From Candidatus Bathyarchaeota archaeon (GTDB lineage: Archaea; Thermoproteota; Bathyarchaeia; Bathyarchaeales; Bathycorpusculaceae), in contig OY969706.1 of the NCBI GenBank assembly GCA_963702095.1, positions 896,001-960,000 on the forward strand: a stretch of DNA of 64,000 nt. Direction: 5' to 3'. A program made the position numbers and the translations under genes. Shown here in pieces: positions 50,486 through 59,656 of the stretch (position 1 is its first letter; each line of letters starts with the position of its first letter). The notes below the pieces were generated by a model. That model saw nothing but the letters and a program-made list of their open reading frames with translations. It made no database searches and had not been told where the DNA came from.

Positions 50486-50923
50486 GTAATCGCAGTAGTT
50501 CAGGACCCAATCGACGTATCAGCCATAGCGCAGAGCGTAGCTGACGATTCCTCAGGCGCAACAGTCTTATTCCTAGGAACCGTCAGAAACACTGGTGACG
50601 TAGGCGCTGTCTCCGAAATCTACTTTGAATCATACAAGGAAATGGCTGAAGCAGCCCTCAAAAACATAGAGCAGCAGGCGATTCAACGCTGGAACATAAA
50701 AAAGTTCAGTGCAGTCCACCGCGTTGGAAACCTGCAGGTTGGAGAAATCATCGTTGTGGTTGCAGCTTCAGCGGCGCATCGGGCAGAAGCTTTCGAAGCG
50801 TGCCGCTATGCAATCGACACAATTAAAAAGTCGGCTCCGATTTGGAAGAAAGAAATATCTGGTTCAACTTCCAGATGGGTAGACGGCGTATTACTGGAGG
50901 ACAGTCAAGATGGGAATGTTTGA
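50486..50923 (+). CDS. moaE: Molybdopterin synthase catalytic subunit
   Basis: GATVLFLGTVRN..YESY upstream of the track ATG, then HRVG.L, AHR.EAF, K..APIWKKE; start is non-canonical or mis-sequenced. Confidence 0.9.
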   Translation, partial: VIAVVQDPIDVSAIAQSVADDSSGATVLFLGTVRNTGDVGAVSEIYFESYKEMAEAALKNIEQQAIQRWNIKKFSAVHRVGNLQVGEIIVVVAASAAHRAEAFEACRYAIDTIKKSAPIWKKEISGSTSRWVDGVLLEDSQDGNV

Positions 50924-51824
50924 TGTCTCAGACAAACCGGATACTCTGCGGGAAGCAGTTGCACAGGCAATAGTTAATGTTAACCCGCAGACAATTCAGC
51001 TAATCAAAGAAGGCAAATCTCCCAAAGGAGACGTAGTGGAAAACGCGCGAATAGCCGGAACAATAGCCGCCAAAAAAACTTCAGAGATAATACCCTTCTG
51101 CCACCCCATCCCCATAGACTACGTCAAAATCGACATATCCCTAAAAGAAAACACCATCGAAGTCCAATCCTACGTTAAAACCGTCTGGAAAACCGGTGTC
51201 GAAATGGAGGCACTCACAGCAGCATCAGTTGCCGCCCTAACAGTCTACGACATGCTAAAACCCATCGACGAAACCATGTCCATCGGTTCAGTTACGCTTG
51301 TAAGGAAAAGCGGCGGCGTAAAAAGCTTCCAAGAAAAATACAGCAGGCAACTCAAGGCGGCTGTGTTGGTTGTCAGCGATTCTGCGGCGAAGGGTGAACG
51401 CGTAGACAAATCGGGCAAGCTTGCCACTGAAAGATTAGAGGCAAACTGTTTTGTGGTGGACGATTACCAGATAGTGCCTGACGAAGCCGAATTGATTGTG
51501 GCTGAACTTAAGCGGCTTTGCGATGAAGAGAAAGTGGATTTGATAATTACCTGTGGCGGAACCGGTTTGGGGCCACGCGACGTGACCACGGAGGCTACCC
51601 TCAAGGTGTTGCAGAAAGAAGTCCGAGGCGTATCCGAGGTGCTCCGCGCTTACGGTCAAAGGAGAACGCCGCTTGCGATGCTTTCGCGGGGCGTGTGTGG
51701 TGTGAGGGGCAAAACTGTTGTGGTGAATCTGCCCGGGAGCACGAAGGCGGTTTCAGAGGGCCTTAATGCTCTGTTCCCTGGGATACTGCATGTTTATAAG
51801 ATGATTGAGGGTCATGGGCATTAG
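50910..51824 (+). CDS. moaC: Bifunctional MoaC + MogA/MoaB protein
   Basis: MFDVSDK, IPFCHP, TGVEMEAL, YDMLK; then VSD, GGTGLGPRDVT.EA, NLPGS. Confidence 0.93.
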   Translation: MGMFDVSDKPDTLREAVAQAIVNVNPQTIQLIKEGKSPKGDVVENARIAGTIAAKKTSEIIPFCHPIPIDYVKIDISLKENTIEVQSYVKTVWKTGVEMEALTAASVAALTVYDMLKPIDETMSIGSVTLVRKSGGVKSFQEKYSRQLKAAVLVVSDSAAKGERVDKSGKLATERLEANCFVVDDYQIVPDEAELIVAELKRLCDEEKVDLIITCGGTGLGPRDVTTEATLKVLQKEVRGVSEVLRAYGQRRTPLAMLSRGVCGVRGKTVVVNLPGSTKAVSEGLNALFPGILHVYKMIEGHGH

Positions 51825-51926
51825 GTGACATTTGTAATGGTGTTTAGGTGTGTTTGCAGTTGGAGTATTGCTTGTTTTAAGAAGGGTTAAGAAAAAGTTT
51901 TAAAAAGGTTTATAACGATCGACATT

Positions 51927-51946
51927 ACTCGATGGTAACATCGAGT
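51927..51946. promoter_or_regulatory. Inverted repeat between the TATA-like box and the modA start
   Basis: ACTCGATG-GTAA-CATCGAGT, overlapping a second ATCGA-N6-TCGAT. Confidence 0.5.
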
Positions 51947-51954
51947 GCGTTAAC

Positions 51955-52806
51955 ATGAACACCAAACTTGTTGCAATAACAGTCATAGTTATAGTAATAG
52001 TTGCTTCAGCAGCGGGATACCTAATCTATAACAACACCCAATCAAAAACACCCCCCGTCGAACTCCGAGTCGACATAGCAGCAAGCCTAACCAACGTCGT
52101 TGCAAACATGACCCAAGAATTCGAACAAGCAAACAACTGCCACCTAATCATAAACTCCGCCGGATCAAGCACACTATACACACAAATCACCCAAGGCTCA
52201 CCCTGCGACGTCTTCATGTCAGCAGACCAAAAATGGACAAAACAACTCAACAACTCAGGGCTACTCTACAACAACTACGTGAATTTTACAACCAACAGCC
52301 TAGAAATTATTGTGGCTCAAGGAAACCCTAAAAACGTGAATTCTCTTGCAGACCTGGCTAAGCCTGGCGTACAATTAGTCTTAGCTGACCCAGCGATACC
52401 TTCCGGTTCCTACACAAACACAACTTGCTACAAAATCGATTCAACATGGGGAAACCCAAACAGCCCCTTCTACGACACGTCTGGGGCTTACGTAAACTTT
52501 AACGCCACCATGCACCAGAACGTTGTCTCATATGAATTAACCGTTGAAAACGTAGTGGGCAAAGTCTCCCTCAACACAGGCACAGCCGACGCAGGCATCG
52601 TATTTGTCTCAGATGGTGTCTATGGCAAAATGGTGGGTTCTGAAGTACAGTTCCTCCCCATACCCCGCTCAGTAAACACTAAAGGCACTTACGGCATAGC
52701 AGTCTTAGGTTCAACAAATCAAGCGGAATTGGCGCAAAAATTCATGGATTTCTGGTCGTCAACAGAGGGCCAGGCGTTACTGACGGATTATGGCTTTAAT
52801 TCGTAA
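51955..52806 (+). CDS. modA: Molybdate ABC transporter substrate-binding protein
   Basis: AASL, GSSTL..QI..G...DVFMSA, P.G.Y, ADAGIVF.SD; N-terminal TM anchor. Confidence 0.92.
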   Translation: MNTKLVAITVIVIVIVASAAGYLIYNNTQSKTPPVELRVDIAASLTNVVANMTQEFEQANNCHLIINSAGSSTLYTQITQGSPCDVFMSADQKWTKQLNNSGLLYNNYVNFTTNSLEIIVAQGNPKNVNSLADLAKPGVQLVLADPAIPSGSYTNTTCYKIDSTWGNPNSPFYDTSGAYVNFNATMHQNVVSYELTVENVVGKVSLNTGTADAGIVFVSDGVYGKMVGSEVQFLPIPRSVNTKGTYGIAVLGSTNQAELAQKFMDFWSSTEGQALLTDYGFNS

Positions 52807-52835
52807 AAGTGCTTTTAAGCACTTTCCCACTTTTT
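52806..52835 (+). terminator. Hairpin plus U-tract between modA and modB
   Basis: AAAGTGCT-TTTA-AGCACTTT followed by CCCACTTTTT. Confidence 0.45.
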
Positions 52836-52858
52836 AAACAGACAATCTTGGTGTACAA

Positions 52859-53677
52859 ATGAATCGGGGCTTCGCTAAAAGACTTCCCAACAAAATAGTG
52901 CTTGTAATTCTAGGCATAATTGTAGTCACCTATTTTCTCCTAATTATTTTGCCTATCCTTTCAGTTTTTTTAAAAATTAGCCCCAGCCAAATCAGCGAAC
53001 AACTGCAAAACCCCCAAATCATAGAAGCCATAAACCTAAGCTTGTACACTTCTGCAATCGCAACCGTAATCGCCTTTATTCTTGCTGTTCCAACCGCCTA
53101 CTTCATGGCAACACGAAAATTCTGGGGCAAATCCGTTTTAGATACCATAATCGATTTACCCTTGGTGCTGCCCCCAGCCGTAGCCGGTGTGGCGTTGCTT
53201 TATGCTTTTGCGCCAATGGGTCTTTTGGGTCCAATATTCAATCATTTTGGCATAGTAATACCTGGCTACACAATCGCGGTTATCATTGCCGAAACTTTTG
53301 TTGCATCGCCTTTCCTTGTGCGTTCTGCAAAAATAGGTTTCGAAGGCATGGACCGCAACATAATAAACAGCGCCAAAATTTTAACTGGTTCACGGCTCAG
53401 GGTCTTCTACACCGTTTCATTGCCCCTTGTTATCCGCGCGGTCATCTCTGGCACGATGATGACTTGGGCGCGTGCGATGGGTGAATTCGGTGCCACCCTT
53501 ATGTTTGCAGGTAACTTGCAGGGGATAACCCAGACTATGCCCCTAGCGATTTATACCCTGCTGTACTCTATCCCCGCTGCGGGTATCACGTTATCCATTA
53601 TCCTAATCGTCATATCCTTCAGCGTCCTAATAGTGGTAAAACTGCTTGAACAAAAGAGGTTCGGAAACAGAAAATGA
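52859..53677 (+). CDS. modB: Molybdate ABC transporter permease
   Basis: DLPLVLPPAVAG, WARAMGEFGATLMFAGN, TMPLAIY. Confidence 0.93.
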   Translation: MNRGFAKRLPNKIVLVILGIIVVTYFLLIILPILSVFLKISPSQISEQLQNPQIIEAINLSLYTSAIATVIAFILAVPTAYFMATRKFWGKSVLDTIIDLPLVLPPAVAGVALLYAFAPMGLLGPIFNHFGIVIPGYTIAVIIAETFVASPFLVRSAKIGFEGMDRNIINSAKILTGSRLRVFYTVSLPLVIRAVISGTMMTWARAMGEFGATLMFAGNLQGITQTMPLAIYTLLYSIPAAGITLSIILIVISFSVLIVVKLLEQKRFGNRK

Positions 53678-54789
53678 TAAACATCGAAGCAGTCACCAAA
53701 TCCTTCGGCAACAAAAAAGTCATCGACAACCTTAGCTTAGAGGTCAAACCCCATGAAATCGTAAGCTTGCTGGGGCCCAACGGTTGTGGCAAAACAACAC
53801 TGCTAAATATGCTCTCAGGTTTGCTACGTCAGGACAGCGGCAACATCTACATCAACGATGTCTTAGTCAGCGGTTGCCATGGCAAGAAAAGAGTCAATTT
53901 AAGCCCTTCAGATCGTAGGGTCGGATATGTTTTCCAAAGCATCTCCCTGTTTCCAAACATGCGGGTGGAGGATAACGTCGCATATGGTTTAAAGGCACTT
54001 CATCTGCCTCAAAAAGACGTTAAAAAACGGACTGTGGAACTGCTGGATTTCGTCAGTTTATCAGAGTATGCACGGTTCTATCCTAGTCAACTCAGCGGGG
54101 GACAGAAGCAGCGCACTGCGTTGGCAAGGTCATTGGCTACTGAGCCAAGCGTACTACTGCTCGATGAACCCGTCTCCGCAATAGACCCCCAGTTGAGGGA
54201 GTCGTTTAGGGTTGAGTTAAAGAATTATTTGCGTAAACTCAAAATCACCGTTGTCTACGTTACGCATAACCTGTCAGAGGCGTTTATTATGTCTGATAGA
54301 ATCGCTGTCATGGGTAACGGGCGTATTGAGCAAATCGGTTCAGGCAGCGAAATCTTTGATAAACCCCGCTCAACTTTTGTTGCCCAGTTCCTAGGCGTCA
54401 ACACGTTCAAATGTAAAGCGCGCCGGGTTTGCGGTGGCTTATTAGAGCTTGACGCCGTCCGTGGGCTTCACTTGTTGGCGGATGCTTCTCCAGAGTTAGA
54501 AGGAAAAAATGTTGTGGCAACACTGAAGCCTGAGGATATTTTTCTATCAAACATGGAAAAACAGGATTCAAAGGGTGCTTCGTTAAACATTGTGGAGGGT
54601 ACAATAACTGAGATGACTCAGATGCGTTCCACCGCGCAAATCTCAGTTGATGTGGGCTTCACCTTGAAAGTTAGAGTTCAATTGAGTGCCCTAAAAAATA
54701 TGGGTGCAATCGTCGGCGACAAAGTGCAGGTGAGTTTTAACCCTCAAGTTTTAAACGTGTTTGTTGATAGTAGTACCGTTGAACTGTAA
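53674..54789 (+). CDS. modC: Molybdate ABC transporter ATP-binding protein with TOBE domain
   Basis: GPNGCGKT, LSGGQKQR, LLDEP, VTH; follows modAB. Confidence 0.88.
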   Translation: MINIEAVTKSFGNKKVIDNLSLEVKPHEIVSLLGPNGCGKTTLLNMLSGLLRQDSGNIYINDVLVSGCHGKKRVNLSPSDRRVGYVFQSISLFPNMRVEDNVAYGLKALHLPQKDVKKRTVELLDFVSLSEYARFYPSQLSGGQKQRTALARSLATEPSVLLLDEPVSAIDPQLRESFRVELKNYLRKLKITVVYVTHNLSEAFIMSDRIAVMGNGRIEQIGSGSEIFDKPRSTFVAQFLGVNTFKCKARRVCGGLLELDAVRGLHLLADASPELEGKNVVATLKPEDIFLSNMEKQDSKGASLNIVEGTITEMTQMRSTAQISVDVGFTLKVRVQLSALKNMGAIVGDKVQVSFNPQVLNVFVDSSTVEL

Positions 54790-54804
54790 AAAAGGTGTTT
54801 CAGT

Positions 54805-55311
54805 ATGTCATCAAATCAAACCAAGCCATTGAATGAATTCAACTTAAAAGCAATCGGCGTAGTGCATTCGCCCTTCAAGGAACCGAAAAACGTTCCCATA
54901 CAAGCATCGGCTTCAACCGCTGAAGGCACCGTAGAAGTTTTCCCAGAATACGCTGAGGGTTTACGTGACATCGAGGGCTTTTCCCATATTATTCTGCTCT
55001 GCTACCTTCACTTGGCGAAGGGCAGTCCTCTGATTGTCAAGCCATTCCTTGACGACAAAACCCACGGCGTATTCGCCACGCGGTCACCGGCTAGACCCAA
55101 CAATATCGGCTTATCAGTGGTTAAATTAAAGAGCGTAGAAGGCAACATTCTGCACGTTGTAGGTTTGGACGTAATTGACGGAACCGCCTTAATCGACATT
55201 AAACCCTATATTCCAGAGATTGACTGCCGCCAAGAAGTAAAAACTGGATGGTTCAGCAGCAAAATAAGCAAACTCGACAGCACACGCGATGACGGTCGAT
55301 TCTGCAAGTAA
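54805..55311 (+). CDS. tsaA: TsaA/TrmO-like SAM-binding protein (tRNA m6t6A methyltransferase family)
   Basis: IGVVHSPF, GVFATRSPARPN.IGLS, GLDVIDGT...DIKPY. Confidence 0.9.
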   Translation: MSSNQTKPLNEFNLKAIGVVHSPFKEPKNVPIQASASTAEGTVEVFPEYAEGLRDIEGFSHIILLCYLHLAKGSPLIVKPFLDDKTHGVFATRSPARPNNIGLSVVKLKSVEGNILHVVGLDVIDGTALIDIKPYIPEIDCRQEVKTGWFSSKISKLDSTRDDGRFCK

Positions 55312-55330
55312 CCGTTTCGCAACGTTTGTT

Positions 55331-55461
55331 CTGCTTGAGGAAAACTCCACAACCAGCCAGCAACTCAAATCCCTTGCAGAACGCAAAACACAGCCGCCCC
55401 TTAAGCCCACTGGAAGAAGATGAGTAAGGGGCTCGCTGCCTTCATATTAAAATAGAAAAAA
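55331..55461 (+). repeat. Dispersed ~130-bp intergenic element, copy C
   Basis: Full-length match to the reverse complement of 38136-38265; internal GCCCCTTA/TAAGGGGC stem. Confidence 0.85.
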
Positions 55462-55544
55462 CAAAGTAGGGTTTGGCGCCTCGGCAGCAACTTTTAAAAA
55501 AACGACTGGTCAGCCCTAAAAGGGATATAGGACAAAGAATTCTT

Positions 55545-56309
55545 CTATTTCTGCATGTTTTGAAGCACAAAAAGAGTAATAGTCGCCATATTGAGCAAGT
55601 TTAAATCAAGTGCTTCGCCGTTTAAGCCTTTTTCTTGCACCGCTTCACTGAAGGGGATAGCGCCAATCACCTTCTCTTTGCCTATCTTTGCAATTATTTT
55701 ATCCGCAATGTTGCCGTCGGCTTTGTTGATTATGAATCGGAGGGGTTTTTGGCTTTCTTTAGTCATCGCAACTATTTTCTCAGATAGCCTAATCGACTCG
55801 TAAGAGGGGTCGACTATCCCCAAAATGAGGTCCACGCTTTTCGCTACGCCTCTGCCTAAATGTTCCACGCCTGCTTCGGTGTCGATGATGGCGACGTCTT
55901 TTGAACTCAAGGTTAGGTGGCTGAGGAAGTCTTTGGAGAGTACCCCCATGGGGCAAGCGCAGCCTTCGCCGTAGTGCTTGACTTTTCCAATCTGCAACAG
56001 GTATAGGTTGCCTTTATTTGAGAGACACTCCGCGGGTATATCCTCAATACTCCACGGTTCGCTAAATACTGGGGTTTTGTGGACGTCGCCTTGGGCTTTA
56101 CCCATCTTGTTTTTCACAGCGTTTTTTCCACCAATGTACTCCATAAGCTCCATTGGAGAGTTTAATCCCAGTTGAGCGCTAAGACCAAAATTTGATTCAT
56201 CGGCATCAACAACTAAGACACGGTAGCCTCTTGCTTGCAAACTCTTTGCCAGAAGCGCGGCAACAGTGCTTTTTCCGCTGCCGCCTTTGCCGCATATCAA
56301 AATTTTCAT
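55545..56309 (-). CDS. CooC/AcsF-like nickel-insertion ATPase
   Basis: GKGGSGKS deviant Walker A, GCACP, DTEAGVEHLGRG. Confidence 0.9.
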   Translation of the reverse strand: MKILICGKGGSGKSTVAALLAKSLQARGYRVLVVDADESNFGLSAQLGLNSPMELMEYIGGKNAVKNKMGKAQGDVHKTPVFSEPWSIEDIPAECLSNKGNLYLLQIGKVKHYGEGCACPMGVLSKDFLSHLTLSSKDVAIIDTEAGVEHLGRGVAKSVDLILGIVDPSYESIRLSEKIVAMTKESQKPLRFIINKADGNIADKIIAKIGKEKVIGAIPFSEAVQEKGLNGEALDLNLLNMATITLFVLQNMQK

Positions 56310-56316
56310 GCTTCAC

Positions 56317-57129
56317 TTACTCCTGCTGGTTTTTATTTTTCGGTTTGATAGTTATGAATTGAACGGCTGATTTGAGGGCTGGTGTTCCTCCTCCTTCTGA
56401 TACTATCTGCATCATTTTGGCTGCATCTGTAATTTTGACTCCGCCGACTATGGTTACGCCGTGTTCAAAGAGAACATCTGGCAGTATCCCCGCGGACGCT
56501 CCTATAACGGCGACTTCCCGTGCTTTTGCCGTGAGTTCTAGCAGGTGGTCTATTGTTCCGTTCGCTATCGCAGTTCCCGTAATTAGAACCACGTCTGCGT
56601 TGGGCAGGATTTGGTCGCAGGCAGTATCTGGCAGGACACCCTCTCGGCGCATTGTTGGGGTTCTTTCAAGGATATGGAGTTGCTTTGCTTTTGCTCGAAT
56701 GGGCGGAATAAAAGGTGCAATGTAGCCGACTAAGGCAACGACGTCTTCTTTGGTTAGCGGAATAAACTCTAACACGTCTCCGCTTGAAACTGTGTAGTTC
56801 TGAGGGTTTTTCTCTATGACAATTTGGGAAAGCGCGTTTAATGTTGCATGGCCTAATACGCTTTCACGTATGTCCCACGATTTTGCTTTTTCTGCCAGCT
56901 TAAACGCGGGCATACCGACTAATGTCCCCGCTAAATCAGAGACTTGGCAATGCTGTGTGGCTTGTGCTATCTCAGCTTGGAAGGTGTAGCATAGGCGTGC
57001 ATGGCCATCGTTTAGCCTTACACCAGTGTAGCCGAGGCCCAAAACAACTTGCTCAACTACTATGTCATCAAGCTCCGGTATGGAGGCTTTAATTTTTTCC
57101 AGTGCTTCTTCAACAATAAGTTTTGTCAT
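56317..57129 (-). CDS. DUF364 putative heavy-metal chelation protein
   Basis: GLGYTGV, ATLNAL, ADVVLITGTAIANGTID.LL. Confidence 0.85.
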   Translation of the reverse strand: MTKLIVEEALEKIKASIPELDDIVVEQVVLGLGYTGVRLNDGHARLCYTFQAEIAQATQHCQVSDLAGTLVGMPAFKLAEKAKSWDIRESVLGHATLNALSQIVIEKNPQNYTVSSGDVLEFIPLTKEDVVALVGYIAPFIPPIRAKAKQLHILERTPTMRREGVLPDTACDQILPNADVVLITGTAIANGTIDHLLELTAKAREVAVIGASAGILPDVLFEHGVTIVGGVKITDAAKMMQIVSEGGGTPALKSAVQFITIKPKNKNQQE

Positions 57130-57132
57130 CTT

Positions 57133-57694
57133 TTATTCCTTCTTTGTTAATTCTATATAGTATTTGCCGTTTGCGCAGGCGCGGCAAAGCAGTTTTCCAC
57201 CACGACTAACGTCGCGGCCATCCATTATTCTTTCGCCGCAAACACTGCAGTTTTCACGTTTCTTGGGAAGACCAGGGCAAATCAGTTTCCGCAATATCCA
57301 CCATAACTTCTTGGATGTATACAACTTCGTTTTCGGGAAGTTGAGCCATTTTTTCCACCACCTCTTGAGGGTTACCTTTGATTTCGCAGCTTTCCCGAAT
57401 GGTCGCGCGGACGGCTTTGTTGGTTGTGAGGTTTACGAAGGTGGCGGCGAATTTGCCGTAGTCAACGTATTTTAGTGTTCGGTGACCCAGCGTGCAGCCG
57501 CTGATTACCTGAATCGCATCCGTCATGCAGCGGTCGATTTCGGCGTACACGATCAGGTTCTTGTTTTTGACGGCTGGGTCTAATCTCAGGTGCTTCATTG
57601 CGGCTAAGGTCATTTTTGTTCCCATGGCTATGCCGAAGCAAATGTGACCATGGTAGTCTCCTACTTTCTTAACGTATGTTTCAAATTCACTCAC
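57133..57694 (-). pseudogene. FmdE family protein with C-terminal zinc finger, frameshifted at ~57276
   Basis: YHGHIC.G, RCMTDAIQ..GCTLG, YGKFAATF; CSVCGE..CRAC finger in the adjacent frame, joined by removing one C. Confidence 0.8.
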
Positions 57695-57710
57695 TGTTTT
57701 AGTCTCCTAG

Positions 57711-58505
57711 TTACTCTCCAACAGGTACAACTATCCTTCGTTTGACGCCTACATCGACGTCAACATTAACTATTTTGACTTTGATTTTGTAAACGTCTGC
57801 CAAATTGGATTCAGTTATGATTTCGTCTGGTGCACCAACATCTATCAACTCGCCCTGCTTCATGAGAACTACTTGGTTGGATACTAAGAAGGCATGGTCG
57901 GGAAAATGCGAGGTCATAATTATCGGCAACCCCGTATTCGCCAATCTCTGCAATGTTGCCAACAATTTTATTTGGTTTCCAAAGTCTAAATGTGAGGTTG
58001 GCTCGTCCAGTAAGAGCAGGGAGGGCTTCTGTGCTAAGACTCTGGCGATAAGAACCATCTGTCTTTCGCCGCCGCTAAGCTGAATGTAGGAAGTATTGGC
58101 CAAGTGGGATATACCCATGGTTTCTAAAGCCTGATTCGCGATTTGGACATCCTCTTTTTTCGGTGCATCCAGAAATCCAATGTGAGGCGCTCTGCCAACC
58201 AGAACTGCATCCAGCACTGAAAAGGCGAAGCTGGGCTGATGAAACTGCGGCACGTAACCGATGGCTTTTGCTATTTCAACTCTTGACAAATTGGCGAGGT
58301 CTTTGCCGTTTATCGAGATGTTGCCCCCCTGTAATTTTATTAGTCCATCAATGCATTTTAGCAGGGTTGTTTTTCCGCAGGCGTTTGGTCCCAGTATGGA
58401 TATCACTCCGGGCTGGTCTAAGGTGAAATTGATATCTTTAAAGCCATGGCTTTTTTCTAAGTCATAGTGGTATTCAGCGTGGCTTACGCAGAGTTTTATG
58501 CCCAA
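57711..58505 (-). CDS. Fe-siderophore/cobalamin-type ABC transporter ATPase
   Basis: GPNACGKT, LSGGERQ, DEPTSHLD, SHFPDHA. Confidence 0.92.
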   Translation of the reverse strand: MGIKLCVSHAEYHYDLEKSHGFKDINFTLDQPGVISILGPNACGKTTLLKCIDGLIKLQGGNISINGKDLANLSRVEIAKAIGYVPQFHQPSFAFSVLDAVLVGRAPHIGFLDAPKKEDVQIANQALETMGISHLANTSYIQLSGGERQMVLIARVLAQKPSLLLLDEPTSHLDFGNQIKLLATLQRLANTGLPIIMTSHFPDHAFLVSNQVVLMKQGELIDVGAPDEIITESNLADVYKIKVKIVNVDVDVGVKRRIVVPVGE

Positions 58506-59554
58506 CCCTTTCCTCTCCTGCTAAGCATATACAAGAAGAATGGTGCGCCAATCATGGCTGTGAGAATGCCAAGCGGTATTTCTAAGCTTGAGACTGTTCG
58601 GGCAATGTCATCTATGAGCAATAGGTAAGATGCTCCCAGCAGAAGGCTTACTGGCAGAAGGCGCCTATGGTCGGGTCCAACCAGTAAGCGGCTGATGTGC
58701 GGAATCACCAGCCCTACCCAACCGATGATGCCGCTGAGGCAAACTGCCGCGGCGCTTATCATGGTGCAGCAGATTATGATTATGATGCGAACTCGACCCA
58801 CGTTTACGCCCAGTGCCTGAGCTTCTTCTTCGCCCATAGCCAACACGTTGAAGCGCCAGCGAATAAGCAACAGGATAATTATTCCAATAATCATCGGTAC
58901 AGCGGCAACTAATACGTCGGTGAGGCTAAGTGAAGCTAAACTGCCCATTAACCAATAAATGATTGTTGGCAGTTGATCGGTGGGGTCAGCGATATACTCC
59001 ATCAACGACAATGAAGCGCTGAACAAGGAGGTTATTGCCAGTCCAGCCAAGACTAAACTAAGCGTGCGGTTGCCCTTAACTACCCTACTGACAGCGTAAA
59101 CAATACCTACAGATACTAGCCCAAAACCAAACGCGAAAACTTGGATGATAACTCGGTCTCCGGACAGCAAGATAGCTAAAGCCGCACCGAAACCGGCACC
59201 TGCAGAGACACCGAGAATATCCGGCGAAACCAATGGATTGCGGAAAAGTCCCTGAAAAGAGCCTCCTGCCAAAGATAACGTGGCGCCAATTAAGAGAGCT
59301 GCCATTATTCTGGGCAGTCTAATCGTCATTACTACTGTGTTAGGAATATTTGATTGCGCGTGCCCTAAAAGGTTTGAACCCAAAATACCTAGCACATCAC
59401 CCGGGGGAACAGAGTATCTGCCTAAACCTAATGATAAAATGAAGAGGGATATCAGGAAAATCAAGAGGAATATGCTTATTGGGAGACCACGCAGAGCTTT
59501 GAGCGTTTTAAGAATTTTTGCCCAGTAAGCTTTTGATGTTATCTGGTTTTTCAT
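58496..59554 (-). CDS. FecCD/BtuC-type ABC permease
   Basis: RLPRI, FRNPLVSPDILGVS.GA, GWVGLVIPH, EIPLG. Confidence 0.93.
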   Translation of the reverse strand: MKNQITSKAYWAKILKTLKALRGLPISIFLLIFLISLFILSLGLGRYSVPPGDVLGILGSNLLGHAQSNIPNTVVMTIRLPRIMAALLIGATLSLAGGSFQGLFRNPLVSPDILGVSAGAGFGAALAILLSGDRVIIQVFAFGFGLVSVGIVYAVSRVVKGNRTLSLVLAGLAITSLFSASLSLMEYIADPTDQLPTIIYWLMGSLASLSLTDVLVAAVPMIIGIIILLLIRWRFNVLAMGEEEAQALGVNVGRVRIIIIICCTMISAAAVCLSGIIGWVGLVIPHISRLLVGPDHRRLLPVSLLLGASYLLLIDDIARTVSSLEIPLGILTAMIGAPFFLYMLSRRGKGWA

Positions 59555-59656
59555 TGTTCAGAGGTTCCCAGCTCAGATGTCTCAATTTTACTTTTTCTTA
59601 TAAGTGTAAATTTGATGGTTTTTTAAAAGAAAAAAGGGAAGAAGGTACGTTTTGAA

